From: Dehalococcoidia bacterium
GTDB taxonomy: Bacteria; Chloroflexota; Dehalococcoidia; UBA2979
Length of the DNA: 64,000 nucleotides
NCBI GenBank assembly: GCA_965262725.1
Contig: OZ253555.1
Span: 1,248,001-1,312,000, forward strand
Reading direction: 5' to 3'
The translations under genes were made by a program, and so were the position numbers. Of the stretch, positions 38,708 through 48,710 are shown in pieces; within the stretch, counting starts at the first letter, position 1, and the number at the start of each line of letters is the position of its first letter. The notes under the pieces were generated by a model, which saw only the letters and a program-made list of their open reading frames with translations, made no database searches and was not told the origin of the DNA.

Positions 38708-40177
38708 GTGCGGCTGCGCCGGAACACCGTCGCCCTCTTGGTGGTCGCGATTCTCTCCGCGGCGTCGCTCGTCGTGGTCTGGCCCCAGGATCCCGGACGC
38801 TTTCTTCCCGGAGTGGTTCCTTGGCCGGAGGGGCGCGGCGTCAGCATCGGGGGCTTCGAGCGCGAGGAGATGCGCCTCGGCCTCGACCTCCAGGGCGGCA
38901 CACGGCTGCTGCTGCGAGCGGTCGTGCCGGATGACTTCGACGGCGTCCTCGACGATGCCCTCGACGGGACGATCACGGTTCTGAGGCGGCGCGTCGACGG
39001 CGCCGGCGTCTCCGAGGCCGAGATCACGCGCCAGGGCGCGCAGGACATCTCCGTGCAGCTTCCGGGCCTGAGTACCGAGGAGGCGCGTCGCCTCCTCGGC
39101 CGCACCGCGCTGCTCCGCTTCTGCCAGCCGGCCTCGATTGCGGAGGGCGGGGGCGAGCCCTGTGACGTCGCGGGCCAGTTCGTCCAGGCATTCGGCGTGA
39201 TCGACGCCCGCCCGGTGGCGCTCACCGGCCGCTTCCTGCGCGCCAACGCCTTCGTCGGCACCGACTCGATCGGTCTCCCCCTGGTTGCCTTCGAGTGGAT
39301 CGGGGACGGACCGGAACTCTCCGAGCAGGTGACGAGCCGGCTGCTCCGACTCCCGCTCGCGATCTTCCTCGACGACGAGCTGCTCTCCACGGCGACGGTG
39401 CAGTCCGTGATCCGGGACCGCGGGAGCATCACGAACCTGCCGCTCGACCGCGCGCAGGAGCTGGTCGTGCAGCTGAACGCGGGCGCGCTGCCGATCGAGC
39501 TGAGCGTACTGCAGGAGCAGAACGTCGACGCGGCGCTCGGTGATGACTCGGTGCGCCGCTCGGTGCTCGCCGGTGAGATCGGGCTGGTGCTGGTGGTGCT
39601 CTTCATGATCCTCTACTACCGCCTCCCTGGCGTGCTGGCCTCGATCGCGCTCGGGGTCTACACGGCGCTGACGCTCGCCGTGTTCAAGCTCATCCCGGTG
39701 ACACTCACGCTCGCCGGGCTGGGCGCCTTCGTGCTCTCGGTGGGCATGGCAGTCGACGCGAACATCCTGATCTTTGAGCGGATGAAGGAGGAGCTCCGCG
39801 CCGGCCGCGCCTATGCCCAGGCAGTGGAGGCGGGCTTCCGCCGTGCCTGGCCCTCGATCCGCGACTCGAACGTCACGACGCTGATTACCTGCGGGATCCT
39901 CTTCTCGCTCGGCGGCGGCATCGACCTGCCCGGACTCGGCGCCTTCAACGCGCCCCTGGTTCAGGGCTTCGCCGTCACGCTCGGCATCGGCGTTCTCGTC
40001 TCGATGTTCAGCGCGATCGTTGTCTCCCGGGCGCTGCTTCGCTCCCTGGTGGGGACACCGCTCTCGCGGCGCTACGACTGGATATTCGCCGACGCGCGGC
40101 CGTTTCTGCGCGGGGGGGGCGGCGTGCCGGAGCGCCGGGACGCGGGGCCGACGGGCGGCCCCATGGCGGGCGCCTGA
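38708..40177 (+). CDS. secD: Protein translocase subunit SecD
   Basis: LGLDLQGG, RRVDGAGVSE, LNAGALP, GMAVDANILIFERMKEE, DSNVTT. Confidence 0.97.
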   Translation: MRLRRNTVALLVVAILSAASLVVVWPQDPGRFLPGVVPWPEGRGVSIGGFEREEMRLGLDLQGGTRLLLRAVVPDDFDGVLDDALDGTITVLRRRVDGAGVSEAEITRQGAQDISVQLPGLSTEEARRLLGRTALLRFCQPASIAEGGGEPCDVAGQFVQAFGVIDARPVALTGRFLRANAFVGTDSIGLPLVAFEWIGDGPELSEQVTSRLLRLPLAIFLDDELLSTATVQSVIRDRGSITNLPLDRAQELVVQLNAGALPIELSVLQEQNVDAALGDDSVRRSVLAGEIGLVLVVLFMILYYRLPGVLASIALGVYTALTLAVFKLIPVTLTLAGLGAFVLSVGMAVDANILIFERMKEELRAGRAYAQAVEAGFRRAWPSIRDSNVTTLITCGILFSLGGGIDLPGLGAFNAPLVQGFAVTLGIGVLVSMFSAIVVSRALLRSLVGTPLSRRYDWIFADARPFLRGGGGVPERRDAGPTGGPMAGA

Positions 40178-41493
40178 TGCGCTTCGAACACCTCGACCTG
40201 GTCGGCCGCCGGCGCTGGTTCTTCGCCGCCAGCGGCGGCGTCGTGCTGGCGGCGCTACTGCTTCTCGCCATCCCGCCGTCGCTGCGGCCCGGGATCGAGT
40301 TCACCTCGGGGACGACGGCGCTCCTGCGCTTCGATCGGCCGGTCGAACAGGCCGCGCTCCGCCAGGCCTACGCCGATCTCGGCCACGCGGAGGCGCGCAT
40401 TCAGTCGACGGGTGGAATCGAGTTCCTGGTCCGAACGCGCGAGCTCGACGTCCCCGACGAGGCGTTCGTCTCGCCGGCCCCGCCGGTCGCCGCTCCGGAA
40501 CCCGTGGGCCCCGTCCCCATCGAGCCCGTGGGGACCGCCGTTCTCGGGGCCGAGGACGCACCGCCTGGCACCACCGTGCTCCTCCGTCGTCCGTTCCAGA
40601 ACGACATCTGCAACTTCGGCGGCCTCGTCTCCGAGCTGCCGGCCGGAACGCCCGTGAAGGTCGTCGAGCAGCACCCCGAATGCGTTGCGAACGGGGGGTT
40701 GGTCTGGCGTGTGCTCGCAGAGGGGGAGCTCGGCTACGTGCTGAGCACGGACACCCACGGCTTCGCCCCGGTCGAGGAGGTGTCCGAACAGGTGTCTGCG
40801 ATCGACCTCGGGGAGCGCGGCGTGATCGAGAACGAGCTGGAGGCGCGTTTCGGCAGCTTCGCCGTGCTCGAGTTCGACACCGTCTCGGCGGTCGTGTCGC
40901 GCGTCGCCGTCCGAAACGCGACTGTGGCGGTCGTGGTCGCGGCGATCTTCATCATGGGCTACGTCGCGTTCGCCTTCTCATCGATGCCCTCGCCCCTTCG
41001 CTACGCGGGCGCCGCCATCATTGCGCTCGCGCACGATGTCCTCATCGTGCTCGGCGCCTTCTCGCTTCTGGGCAAGCTCGCGGGCACCGAGATCAATCTC
41101 ATGTTTGTGACCGGGCTGTTGACCGTGATCGGCTTCTCCGTCCACGACTCGATCGTGGTCTTCGACCGCATCCGGGAGAATGTTCAGCGAGCTCCGGACG
41201 CCCCCTTCGGCGAGAGCGTGAACACCGCGCTCGTGGAGACGATGGCGCGCTCGCTCAACACGTCGCTGACACTGCTCCTGACGGTCTGCGCCCTGCTCTT
41301 CCTCGGCGGCGTGACGATTCGCGAGTTCCTGCTTGTGATCCTCGTCGGCGTGATCGCCGGGACCTACTCGAGCATCGCGATCGCGGCGCAGATCCTGGTG
41401 GCGTGGGAGTCCGGCGATCTGGGCCGGTTGCGGGTGAGGCTCGGTCGATCGCTCCGAGGTACGCGGCGAAGCGGTTCCGCCGCCGGCGGCTAG
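40177..41493 (+). CDS. secF: Protein translocase subunit SecF with an inserted extracytoplasmic SH3b-like domain
   Basis: GIEFTSGT, AHDVLIV, GFSVHDSIVVFDRIREN, RSLNTSLT, GTYSSI; about 120 extra residues in the first external loop. Confidence 0.95.
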   Translation: MRFEHLDLVGRRRWFFAASGGVVLAALLLLAIPPSLRPGIEFTSGTTALLRFDRPVEQAALRQAYADLGHAEARIQSTGGIEFLVRTRELDVPDEAFVSPAPPVAAPEPVGPVPIEPVGTAVLGAEDAPPGTTVLLRRPFQNDICNFGGLVSELPAGTPVKVVEQHPECVANGGLVWRVLAEGELGYVLSTDTHGFAPVEEVSEQVSAIDLGERGVIENELEARFGSFAVLEFDTVSAVVSRVAVRNATVAVVVAAIFIMGYVAFAFSSMPSPLRYAGAAIIALAHDVLIVLGAFSLLGKLAGTEINLMFVTGLLTVIGFSVHDSIVVFDRIRENVQRAPDAPFGESVNTALVETMARSLNTSLTLLLTVCALLFLGGVTIREFLLVILVGVIAGTYSSIAIAAQILVAWESGDLGRLRVRLGRSLRGTRRSGSAAGG

Positions 41494-41517
41494 CGCCCCG
41501 GCGTTGCCGGGAGAGGC

Positions 41518-43365
41518 TCAGTCGACCAGAACCCGTCCCTCCCCCTCGCGGCGCGTGACGCGGTGGCGGTCGAGCGTCTCGAGCAGCGCCTGCGCGACGC
41601 GGCGGCTGGTGCCGAGGCGGTCGCGCGCCTCCGCCAGCGTGATCGCCCCGTGGTCGCGGATCAGCGAGACGACGACTGAGCGGGCCTCCTCGAAGGCGCC
41701 GCGCGCGAGCAGCACCCCGTTGCCGCAGTCGACGGCCGCCCCCGCCCCCTGCAGGTAGGCTACCTCCTCGACGTCGAGCTCAAGGCGCGGGACCCCGAGG
41801 CCGGCCTCCGCGAGCGCGGCCTCGGCGCCGTCGAGCCGGCGCCGTTGCGCCGCGGTCGGTCGCGGTGTCCACTCCGCCCGGGCGATACCGTCGGGACGCT
41901 CCGCGAGCGGCGGGACGAGTGCCTCGAGGACGGCCGCGAATTCCCGGGGCCCGACCGCGAGACGGCCGCGCAGCTCCTCCCGTGGCATTGCGAAGCGCAG
42001 CGGGTGCCCGGCGTGGTAGGCGTCCAGCACGCGGGACGAGCGGTCGAGCAGGCGGGCGGCTCCCCCTGAGGAGAGCAGGAGTGGTTCCCCGTGGGCGACC
42101 GGCAGCTCGCGCACCGCGCCGCGGGCGAGCAGATCGGCGAGCGTTTCCTCATGCTCGTCGGATGCGAGTTCCCCGACCGCAGCGAGCTGCGGACGGGTCG
42201 CCGGCTCAAGTCGCTCCAGCGCCGCCAGGAGGCGGCTCGCGGGCGTGTCCCGCGCCCGCTCGGCCAGCCGATCGAGAACGCGCGCGTCCGCGCGCCGGTG
42301 GCGCGGCGGTCCGAGCTCGACCACGCGGCCTCCCGCCACGGTGCGATCGGAGATACGCAGCACGAAGAGATCTCCCTCCGCGGCGGCCACCGGCGCCGAG
42401 AGGACGATCTGGCACCACCCCTCGGCGTTGGCCGGCACCTCCTCGCCGTCCAGCACGCGCACGCGGCCCTGTACCTCGTCGGTTCCGATGTGGACGGTGA
42501 CCCGCCGGTTGTGCCGCAGGGGCCGGTCCGGCAGGGAACGCACGCGTGCGTCGAAGGCGCGGGCCGCCCCGAGCCGGCCGGGCGGCGCCAGCACCTGCCC
42601 GCGGCGCAGCCGATCCGTCGAGACGCCGGCGAGGTTGACTGCAACGCGACTCCCCGGCTCCGCCGTCCGCAGCGTGCGCCGGTGCGTCTGCAATCCGCGT
42701 ATGCGTGCCGGCGGTCCGTCCGGGACCGCGGCCACCGCGTCGCCGACGGCGATGCGGCCGTCGAGAAGGGTCCCTGTGACCACCGTTCCGAAGCCCGCCA
42801 TCGTGAAGACGCGGTCGATCGCGAGTCGCGGCCGGCCAATGTCGCGGGGCGGCTCCGCGTCCAGGAGCGCGCGGTCTATGGCGGTCGCCAGCTCCTCCAG
42901 GCCGCTCCGGGCGATCGAGGAGACGCGGTGGATCGGTGCGCCGGCGAGCCTCGTCGGCAACAGCAGCTCGGCGATGTCGTCCTCCACCAGCGCGAGCCAC
43001 TCCTCGTCGGAGACAACGTCGCACTTCGTCAGCGCGACGACGCCGCGGCGTACCTCCAGCAGTTCAAGGATCTCGAGATGCTCCCGCGTCTGCGGCATGA
43101 TCCCCTCATCCCCCGCGACCACGACGAGCGCGAGGTCGACGGCGCCCACGCCGGCGAGCATGTGACGGATGAAGCGGACGTGCCCCGGCACGTCGACGAT
43201 CGAGACCTCGCGACCGGATGGCAGCGTGAGCCACGCGAAGCCGAGCTCGATCGTGAGGCCCCGCACGCGCTCCTCGCGCAATCGATCGGGGTGGGTCCCG
43301 GTCAACGCCTCGACGAGAGCCGACTTCCCGTGATCGACGTGGCCGGCCGTTCCCACGACAAACAC
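41518..43365 (-). CDS. selB: Selenocysteine-specific elongation factor
   Basis: GTAGHVDHGKS, RGLTIELGF, DVPGH, IDRVFTMAGFGTVVTGT; C-terminal winged helix RDRLGTSRR...LETLDR. Confidence 0.95.
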   Translation of the reverse strand: MFVVGTAGHVDHGKSALVEALTGTHPDRLREERVRGLTIELGFAWLTLPSGREVSIVDVPGHVRFIRHMLAGVGAVDLALVVVAGDEGIMPQTREHLEILELLEVRRGVVALTKCDVVSDEEWLALVEDDIAELLLPTRLAGAPIHRVSSIARSGLEELATAIDRALLDAEPPRDIGRPRLAIDRVFTMAGFGTVVTGTLLDGRIAVGDAVAAVPDGPPARIRGLQTHRRTLRTAEPGSRVAVNLAGVSTDRLRRGQVLAPPGRLGAARAFDARVRSLPDRPLRHNRRVTVHIGTDEVQGRVRVLDGEEVPANAEGWCQIVLSAPVAAAEGDLFVLRISDRTVAGGRVVELGPPRHRRADARVLDRLAERARDTPASRLLAALERLEPATRPQLAAVGELASDEHEETLADLLARGAVRELPVAHGEPLLLSSGGAARLLDRSSRVLDAYHAGHPLRFAMPREELRGRLAVGPREFAAVLEALVPPLAERPDGIARAEWTPRPTAAQRRRLDGAEAALAEAGLGVPRLELDVEEVAYLQGAGAAVDCGNGVLLARGAFEEARSVVVSLIRDHGAITLAEARDRLGTSRRVAQALLETLDRHRVTRREGEGRVLVD

Positions 43366-43374
43366 GGAGCGCGC

Positions 43375-43677
43375 TTACCCGTCGATGACGCGAGAGACGG
43401 CGAACGGGTTCTGCGCGCTGCAGGCCGGGCAGACGAGCGGGAGCTCATCGCGCGGGATCGGCGTCGCACGGCCGTCCGAGATCGCGATCCAGATGTCGTC
43501 GCGCAGCCGCGTCGCGGGATCGCTGCGGCCGGCCCGGCCGCGCGCCGCCGGCCGGAGCTCCTCCTCGAGCCTCCGCCGGAACTCGGCGTCGGAGAGCGGC
43601 GGCTCGCCGGGCCGCGGAATGCGCCGCACGAGCACCTCGCGCCCGCAGCACTCGCAGCGGTAGACCTCGACGGCCAT
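43375..43677 (-). CDS. Hypothetical zinc-ribbon-like protein
   Basis: YRCECCG ... VCPACS; tightly packed between hemW (3-nt gap) and selB (9-nt gap). Confidence 0.7.
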   Translation of the reverse strand: MAVEVYRCECCGREVLVRRIPRPGEPPLSDAEFRRRLEEELRPAARGRAGRSDPATRLRDDIWIAISDGRATPIPRDELPLVCPACSAQNPFAVSRVIDG

Positions 43678-43680
43678 TCG

Positions 43681-44955
43681 CTACCCCCGAACCGTCGCGC
43701 CGTCCGCGGGAGACGGGTCCGGCGCGGGCCCGTCGTCGGGAAGGAGATCGACGAAGACCTCGTTGGCGAGCAGCAACCCGCGATCCGAGAGCCGCGTCAC
43801 CTCGCCGTCGCGCTCGAGCAGCCCGGTAGCGAGGTGACGGCGGATCGCCTCGCCATGCGCATCCGCGGGGCTCACGCCGAAGCGCTCCCGAAACCTCGTG
43901 TCCGAGACACCCTCGCGCAGGCGCAGCCCAAGGATCAGCGCGTCGGAGCGCTCCTGCTGGGGGCTCGGCGTCTCGCCGTAGGCGACCTGTCGCATCTGCG
44001 CGCGACCGGTCTCGCGCCGCTCGGCGAGGGTCTCGCGGACGCCCTCCACGTAGCGGTTCGGCGCGTCGACATCGGCGAAGCGCCGGCCGCGGAAGTATGA
44101 GTGCGCCCCGGCGCCCACGCCCAGGTAGGGTTCCGCGCGCCAGTAGACCAGGTTGTGATGGCACTCGTGTCCCGGCCGCGCCCAGTTAGAGATTTCGTAG
44201 TGGACATAACCGCCCTCAGCGAGCCGGCGGCGCACCCACTCGTACTGTTCCGCGGCGTCGTCGGGATCCGGCGCAGGGATCTCGCCCTTCGCCACGCGGT
44301 AGTGCAGGGGCGTCCCCGGCTCTACGGAGAGCGCGTAGCAGGAGAGGTGGTCGGGCTCGAGGGAGAGCACGCGCTCCACGCTCGCCTGCCAGCGGTCGAG
44401 CGGCTGGTCGGGCAGCCCGAAGATGAGGTCGAGATTGAGGCTCCCGAAGCCCGCTGCGCCCGCGTCGGCGACCGCCTGCTCCACCCTCTCTGGTGTGTGC
44501 TGGCGATCGAGAAGGGTGAGCTCCTCCGCGTGCATCGACTGCACGCCCATCGAGAGCCGACGGATGCCCATCTCGGCCAACCCGTGCAGGTGATCGCGGA
44601 GCAGCTCGGTTGGATTCGCCTCAAGCGTCCACTCCGCGCCGGGCGCCACGTCGTAACCCGCGCGGATCGCCTCGACGATGCGCGCCACCTCGGCGAGCGG
44701 GAGCAGGCTCGGCGTTCCACCCCCGAAGAAGACGCTCCCCACACGGTGCCCGCGCGCCGCCGCCGACCACAGCTCTAGCTCCGCGACCAGCGCCTCCACG
44801 TACTCCGGAACGAGGTGCTCGACGCCGGCGTACGCGTTGAAGTCGCAGTAGCCGCAGCGGCTGGTGCAGAACGGAATGTGCACGTAGAGCCCGAGCGCGG
44901 CGGGATCCGCCTCGTCGGCCGTTGCCAGGGTCGCGGGGCGGGTCTGGCCGGTCAT
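43681..44955 (-). CDS. hemW: Radical SAM heme chaperone (HemN-like)
   Basis: LYVHIPFCTSRCGYCDFN, FGGGTPS, EANP, YEISNW, HNLVYW, YLGVGAGAHS. Confidence 0.92.
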   Translation of the reverse strand: MTGQTRPATLATADEADPAALGLYVHIPFCTSRCGYCDFNAYAGVEHLVPEYVEALVAELELWSAAARGHRVGSVFFGGGTPSLLPLAEVARIVEAIRAGYDVAPGAEWTLEANPTELLRDHLHGLAEMGIRRLSMGVQSMHAEELTLLDRQHTPERVEQAVADAGAAGFGSLNLDLIFGLPDQPLDRWQASVERVLSLEPDHLSCYALSVEPGTPLHYRVAKGEIPAPDPDDAAEQYEWVRRRLAEGGYVHYEISNWARPGHECHHNLVYWRAEPYLGVGAGAHSYFRGRRFADVDAPNRYVEGVRETLAERRETGRAQMRQVAYGETPSPQQERSDALILGLRLREGVSDTRFRERFGVSPADAHGEAIRRHLATGLLERDGEVTRLSDRGLLLANEVFVDLLPDDGPAPDPSPADGATVRG

Positions 44956-45041
44956 GGGCACAGCGTACCAGCCGACTCCTCGCCCGAGCGGCTGGGCTCG
45001 TGCGACACTCGGCCTTCGTGTCGCACAGCTGAGGGGTTGAC

Positions 45042-46829
45042 GTGCTGAAGAGTCACCGCTGCGGGGAGCTGCGAGCCGAGCACGCGGGCGAGCAGGTACG
45101 CCTCGCCGGCTGGGTGCACCGCCGCCGCGACCACGGGGGCCTCGTCTTCCTCGATCTGCGCGACGAAAGCGGGCTGGTTCAGATCGTGTGTCACCCCGAG
45201 AGCACTCCCGGGGCACACGCGGTCGCCTCCACCGTCCGCGCCGAGTGGGTGCTCGCAGTCGGGGGCGAGATCGCCCCTCGCCGCGAGGGAACGGTCAATG
45301 AGGCGCTCCCGACCGGTGCGATCGAGGTGGTGGCTTCGCATGTCCGCGTGCTCTCGGAGGCGGCCACGCCGCCGATCCCGGTGAACCAGGAGGCGGCGGC
45401 GGACGAGGCGACGCGTCTGCGCTACCGCTACCTCGATCTGCGCCGCGAGCGGATGTCGGCGAACCTCAGGATGCGCCATCGCGTGGTGCGAGGGATCCGC
45501 CGCTACCTGGAGGAGCGCGGATTCGTGGAGGTCGAGACGCCCATTCTCTCGGCCGCGACGCCGGAGGGGGCGCGCGACTACCTCGTGCCGAGTCGGGTCC
45601 ACCCAGGGCGGTTCTACGCGCTGCCCCAGTCGCCGCAGCAGTGGAAGCAGCTACTCGTCGTGGCCGGCTTCGAGCGCTACTACCAGATCGCGCGCTGCTT
45701 CCGGGACGAGGATCTCCGAGCCGACCGCCAGCCCGAGTTCACCCAGCTCGACATCGAGATGGCGTTCGTCGAGCAGCACGACGTCCTGGATCTGGTGGAG
45801 GGTCTCTACTCGGAGCTCTCGCGGGAGGTCGCCCCGGAGCGGCGTTGCGAGGTGCCCTTCCCGCGCATCCCCTACGTCGAGGCGCTGGAGCGCTTCGGCT
45901 CCGACAAGCCTGACCTGCGCTACGGCATGGAGATCGCCGACCTCAGCGAGCCGGCGGTCTCGGGGCAGCTGGGGATCTTTCGACGCGCGGTCGCGGACGG
46001 CGGCCGCGTACGCGCCTTCTCCGTTCCCGGCGGCGCCGACACGGCGCGACGCGAGATCGACCGCTTGACCGACCTCGCCCGCGAGGCCGGCGCCGGCGGC
46101 CTCGTCCCGGTCGCCTACGCGGGGAGCGGCCCCCTGGACGGGATCACGCTAGACGACGTGCGCTCGCCCGTGGCGCGCTTCTTCGACGCGGGGACGCTGG
46201 CCGCAATGGGCCGCCTCGGCGGTGCGCGACGTGGCGACCTGCTGCTCGCCGTCGCCGCCTCAGACGACGTCAGCTCGCGCGCGCTCGACGTGCTGCGCCG
46301 CGAGGTGGCTGCCACGCGCGGCCTAGCTGACAAGGACGCCCTCGCGTTCTGCTTCGTGACCGACTTCCCGCTCTTCGAGTGGGACGGGCGGGAGGAACGG
46401 TGGCAGTCCAGCCACCATCTCTTCACGGCCCCGGCGGATGAGGACGTGTCGATCGTGGAGAGCGACCCGGGCGCCGCCCGATCGCTCGCCTATGACCTGG
46501 TCTGCAACGGGCAGGAGCTCGCGTCGGGCTCGATACGCGAGCACCGCCCGGAGGTACTGCTCTCCGTGATGCGGGTGCTCGGAATCGACGAGCAGCAGGC
46601 GAGGGAGCGCTTCGGGCACATGCTGGATGCCTTCGGCTACGGCGCGCCCCCCCACGGCGGCATCGCGCCGGGCCTCGATCGCACCGTCGCGCTCTTCGCG
46701 CGCGAGCGCGACATCCGCGAGGTGATAGCGTTCCCCAAGACGAAGACGGCCTCGGATCCGCTCACCGGAGCCCCCTCCGCGGTCGATCCGAGGCAGCTGG
46801 CGGAGGTGCACATCAACCTCCGCCCGTGA
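45042..46829 (+). CDS. aspS: Aspartate--tRNA ligase, probably non-discriminating
   Basis: RRRDHGG, FLDLRD, TPEGARDY, LPQSPQ, FRDEDLRADRQPEFTQLD, GAPPHGGIA. Confidence 0.97.
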   Translation: MLKSHRCGELRAEHAGEQVRLAGWVHRRRDHGGLVFLDLRDESGLVQIVCHPESTPGAHAVASTVRAEWVLAVGGEIAPRREGTVNEALPTGAIEVVASHVRVLSEAATPPIPVNQEAAADEATRLRYRYLDLRRERMSANLRMRHRVVRGIRRYLEERGFVEVETPILSAATPEGARDYLVPSRVHPGRFYALPQSPQQWKQLLVVAGFERYYQIARCFRDEDLRADRQPEFTQLDIEMAFVEQHDVLDLVEGLYSELSREVAPERRCEVPFPRIPYVEALERFGSDKPDLRYGMEIADLSEPAVSGQLGIFRRAVADGGRVRAFSVPGGADTARREIDRLTDLAREAGAGGLVPVAYAGSGPLDGITLDDVRSPVARFFDAGTLAAMGRLGGARRGDLLLAVAASDDVSSRALDVLRREVAATRGLADKDALAFCFVTDFPLFEWDGREERWQSSHHLFTAPADEDVSIVESDPGAARSLAYDLVCNGQELASGSIREHRPEVLLSVMRVLGIDEQQARERFGHMLDAFGYGAPPHGGIAPGLDRTVALFARERDIREVIAFPKTKTASDPLTGAPSAVDPRQLAEVHINLRP

Positions 46830-46952
46830 TTGCCGGGCGCCTGTCCCGGAGCCCCGGCGCGCATCGCTATAATCTCGTGGTGGGTGCTGTCGCTGCGCCA
46901 CCCGGGGCACGATGTCCACGACCGGGCGGGCGAGGGGAACAGGGGAGTCTCG

Positions 46953-48647
46953 ATGGGTAGACAGAACCGGCTCCTCGGCATCCTGCTCGCCGCCCTCGCG
47001 CTGCTCGTTCTCGTGGTGGGAGGCCTGTCGGCGGCGCTCCTGATCGGCGGCGGGCAGAGCCCGGACGACGGCGGGGGGACGACCACCTCTCCCGCCGGCG
47101 GCGATGGCGGCGATGGCGGCGGCGTGGAGGCCGACGGAGACTCCGGCGAGGTCTCCGCCGGGCGGCTCCGGCTGCCCGGGATCGACCCGATCACGCTCGA
47201 CCCCGCGCTCGTCACCGATACCGGCTCCGCTCAGTACGTCGCCGAGATCTTCAGCGGCCTCACCACCATCACGCCCGACCTAGAGCTCGAGCTGGATCTC
47301 GCGGAGTCATTCGAGGTCTCGGAGGGCGGCCGGGTCTACACGTTCACGCTCAGACCGGACGCGCTCTTCCACAACGGGCGCCGCGTCACCGCCGCCGACG
47401 TCGTCTGGTCGATAGACCGCGCTCTCTCGCCGGAGACCTCGTCGCTGGTGGCCCTCTCCTACCTCGGGGACATTGTGGGCGCGCGTGAGCGCCGGCTCGG
47501 GAGGTCCGACACGCTCGAGGGCGTCCGCGCTATCGACGAGCGCACCATCGAGTTCACGCTCGACGCGCCGAAGCCGTTCTTCCTCTGGAAGCTCACCTAT
47601 CCGACGGCGTGGGTCGTCGACAGTCAGCAGGTGGAGGCGAACCCGCGGAACTGGACGCGGAACCCGAACGGCACCGGCCCGTACCAGCTGAAGGAGTGGC
47701 GCCTCGGTGAACGCATCGTACTGGAGGCGAGCGATCGCTACTATGGCGGCGCGCCAAGCGTCCGTGAGGTGCTCTTCGAGCTCTCCGGGGGCTCGACGCT
47801 GACGCGCTTCGAGAATGGTGAACTCGACGTCGCTGGCATCGGCATCAACGACCTCGAGCGCGCGCAGGACCCCAACTCCGACCTCGGCCCGCTCTACTCC
47901 AACTCGGTCGAGATGTCGATCTCCTACCTCGCATTCAACACCGATGCGCCGCCGTTCGACGACGTGAACGTGCGCCGCGCCTTCGCGATGGCTATCGATC
48001 GACAGAAGGTGGCTGAGACCGTCTTCATGAACGCGTGGCTGCCGGCCACCGGCATTATCCCGCCGCGTGTGCCCGGCTACACCTCCGAGGACAAGACCTT
48101 TGGCTTCGATCCCGACGGCGCGCGAGCGGCGCTCGCCGCCTCGAGCTACGGCTCCGCGGAGGCCCTGCCTCCGGTCACGCTCACCGAGATGGGCGGCGGC
48201 GCCTCGGCGTCGATCGACACGCAGGCCTTCCTCGAGCAGTGGCGCGAGGAGCTCGGCGTCGACGTCCAGGTCCGCCAGACCGATCGCGCCACCCTCACCG
48301 CCGACCTCGACGATGGCCGGCTGCAGATCTTCGTCGACGGCTGGTCGATGGACTACCCGGACCCGGAGAGCGTGATCGACCTCAAGTTCCACTCGACCTC
48401 GGCTCTCAACGACGTGCGCTACGAGAACGCGGAGGTGGACGGGCTGATCGAGGCGGCGCGGATTGAGCAGGATCCCGCGCGGCGCCTGCAGCTCTACCGC
48501 GACGCCGAGAAGATCCTGATCGACGAGGCGGCGTGGGTCCCGCTCTACTTCCCGCTCTCGCACGTCGTCGTCGCCCCGAGGGTCGAGGGCTGGTTCGACC
48601 CGCCGCTCATCATGCCGCGGCTTCGCTTCATCTCCGTGACGGAGTAG
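46953..48647 (+). CDS. oppA: Peptide ABC transporter substrate-binding protein with an N-terminal TM anchor
   Basis: TM plus Gly/Asp linker, TLDPA, LAESF, FHNGRRVTAADV, GTGPY, PFDDVNVRRAF. Confidence 0.88.
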   Translation: MGRQNRLLGILLAALALLVLVVGGLSAALLIGGGQSPDDGGGTTTSPAGGDGGDGGGVEADGDSGEVSAGRLRLPGIDPITLDPALVTDTGSAQYVAEIFSGLTTITPDLELELDLAESFEVSEGGRVYTFTLRPDALFHNGRRVTAADVVWSIDRALSPETSSLVALSYLGDIVGARERRLGRSDTLEGVRAIDERTIEFTLDAPKPFFLWKLTYPTAWVVDSQQVEANPRNWTRNPNGTGPYQLKEWRLGERIVLEASDRYYGGAPSVREVLFELSGGSTLTRFENGELDVAGIGINDLERAQDPNSDLGPLYSNSVEMSISYLAFNTDAPPFDDVNVRRAFAMAIDRQKVAETVFMNAWLPATGIIPPRVPGYTSEDKTFGFDPDGARAALAASSYGSAEALPPVTLTEMGGGASASIDTQAFLEQWREELGVDVQVRQTDRATLTADLDDGRLQIFVDGWSMDYPDPESVIDLKFHSTSALNDVRYENAEVDGLIEAARIEQDPARRLQLYRDAEKILIDEAAWVPLYFPLSHVVVAPRVEGWFDPPLIMPRLRFISVTE

Positions 48648-48710
48648 CGGCGGCCGCGACACGGGCGCGGCCTGCCGCGGCGCGCGCGCCGCGGGTGCTG
48701 AGGAGGATCC

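Noticed and set aside
6279-44100. Many long ORFs in the track (e.g. 6279-8366+, 9565-11211+, 16150-18480+, 29191-31164+, 42091-44100+, and the upstream parts of 11220-13655- and 21214-23844-)
   Set aside because: Antisense or off-frame shadows of recognisable genes. They are Arg/Ala/Pro-rich, lack motifs, and are expected in high-GC DNA with few stop codons.
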